37,194 bases of DNA, taken from positions 1 through 37,194 of the forward strand of contig DATNKF010000622.1 in NCBI GenBank assembly GCA_035603555.1. The letters are read 5' to 3'. This document shows positions 36,800 through 37,194 of the stretch, one piece after another. Within the stretch, counting starts at the first letter, position 1; every line of letters starts with the position of its first letter. The notes beneath the pieces were generated by a model, which was not told where the DNA came from, did not search any database, and saw only the letters and a program-made list of their open reading frames with translations. The position numbers and the translations under genes are program-made. This DNA comes from Stellaceae bacterium. Lineage in GTDB: Bacteria; Pseudomonadota; Alphaproteobacteria; ATCC43930; CGMCC-115725.

Positions 36800-37194
36800 A
36801 TGTCTCGGCGCGAAATGCCGCGCCACGCCGAAGAGTTGACGTCGAGGGCTCGTCTCGCGCTGGCGCTTCCGTCGGTGATAGGCCATCGTGGCGCCGCCGC
36901 ATGCGCACCGGAAAACACCCTGGCCGGGTTGCGCAAGGCATGGGAACTCCGCTGTCGCTGGGTGGAGTTCGATGTCCGGCTTACGATGGACAAGCACCTG
37001 ATCCTGCTCCACGACGACCGGATCGATCGGACGACCGATGGCCGAGGGAGCGCGGCCGCCCTGCCTCTTGCGGCGCTTCGCCGATGCGACGCCGGTATCT
37101 GGTATTGTCCCGGCTTCAAGGGCGAGCGGATACCGACGCTGGCGGACGCTGTGGCGCTCCTCGGCGCGATTGGCGTCGGTGCGAATGTCGAGCT
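36800..37194 (+). CDS. Glycerophosphodiester phosphodiesterase (GDPD family), 3' end runs off the window
   Basis: Absent from the ORF track because it has no stop in the window. Reading from ATG 36800 gives ...VIGHRGAAACAPENTLAGLRKAWELRCRWVEFDVRLTMDKHLILLHDDRIDRTTDGRG..., which is the GDPD signature. The exact start is uncertain (ATG 36800, ATG 36815, or later). Confidence 0.75.
   Translation, partial: MSRREMPRHAEELTSRARLALALPSVIGHRGAAACAPENTLAGLRKAWELRCRWVEFDVRLTMDKHLILLHDDRIDRTTDGRGSAAALPLAALRRCDAGIWYCPGFKGERIPTLADAVALLGAIGVGANVE

Noticed and set aside
1-37194. A search of the whole window for CRISPR arrays, tandem repeats, prophage or defence-island content, and toxin-antitoxin pairs.
   Set aside because: I saw no spaced direct repeats and no clusters of small paired ORFs. 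The only accessory-type gene is the single IS, with DUF29 as a possible second. Everything else is conserved core metabolism and translation machinery.

Overview
Visibly high-GC alphaproteobacterial chromosome segment. The gene content looks Hyphomicrobiales/Rhizobiales-like (Ros/MucR, Irr, OlsBA, TIGR02186/Alph_Pro_TM). About 35 protein genes are present, and all but two are on the + strand.

Gene order:
- A partial GarR/GlxR-like dehydrogenase on the - strand, running off the left edge.
- A 1729-aa thioester-type alpha-2-macroglobulin, then an IS481-family insertion sequence, then pbpC (PBP1C).
- A DUF29 gene convergent with, and overlapping, map.
- cinA-like, TauE/SafE permease, TIGR02186 membrane protein, USP.
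- nifU-like, tsaB-rimI, mucR/ros, irr, olsBA.
- miaB-phoH-ybeY-corC-lnt.
- XRE regulator, metK, trmB.
- The classical rimP-nusA-ylxR-infB-rbfA-truB-rpsO-pnp supercluster.
- A partial glycerophosphodiester phosphodiesterase running off the right edge.

No tRNA, rRNA or CRISPR array was found.

I did not find a convincing new multi-gene system. There is no defence-island architecture, no toxin-antitoxin-like pair, and no large unexplained ORF. The most interesting items are:
1. A 1388-bp IS inserted inside a REP-like palindrome exactly between the A2M gene and pbpC. It rearranges the pbpC 5' end and creates an IS-pbpC fusion reading frame.
2. A Ros/MucR homologue that lacks two of the four canonical zinc ligands.
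3. Two core genes (cinA-like, ylxR-like) whose conserved N-terminal segments lie upstream of any ATG/GTG/TTG.
4. A translationally coupled TauE-TIGR02186 pair, with a USP gene 19 nt downstream, of unknown function.
5. A candidate orphan promoter plus terminator between trmB and rimP.

All functional calls come from reading motifs in the supplied translations. No database search was possible.
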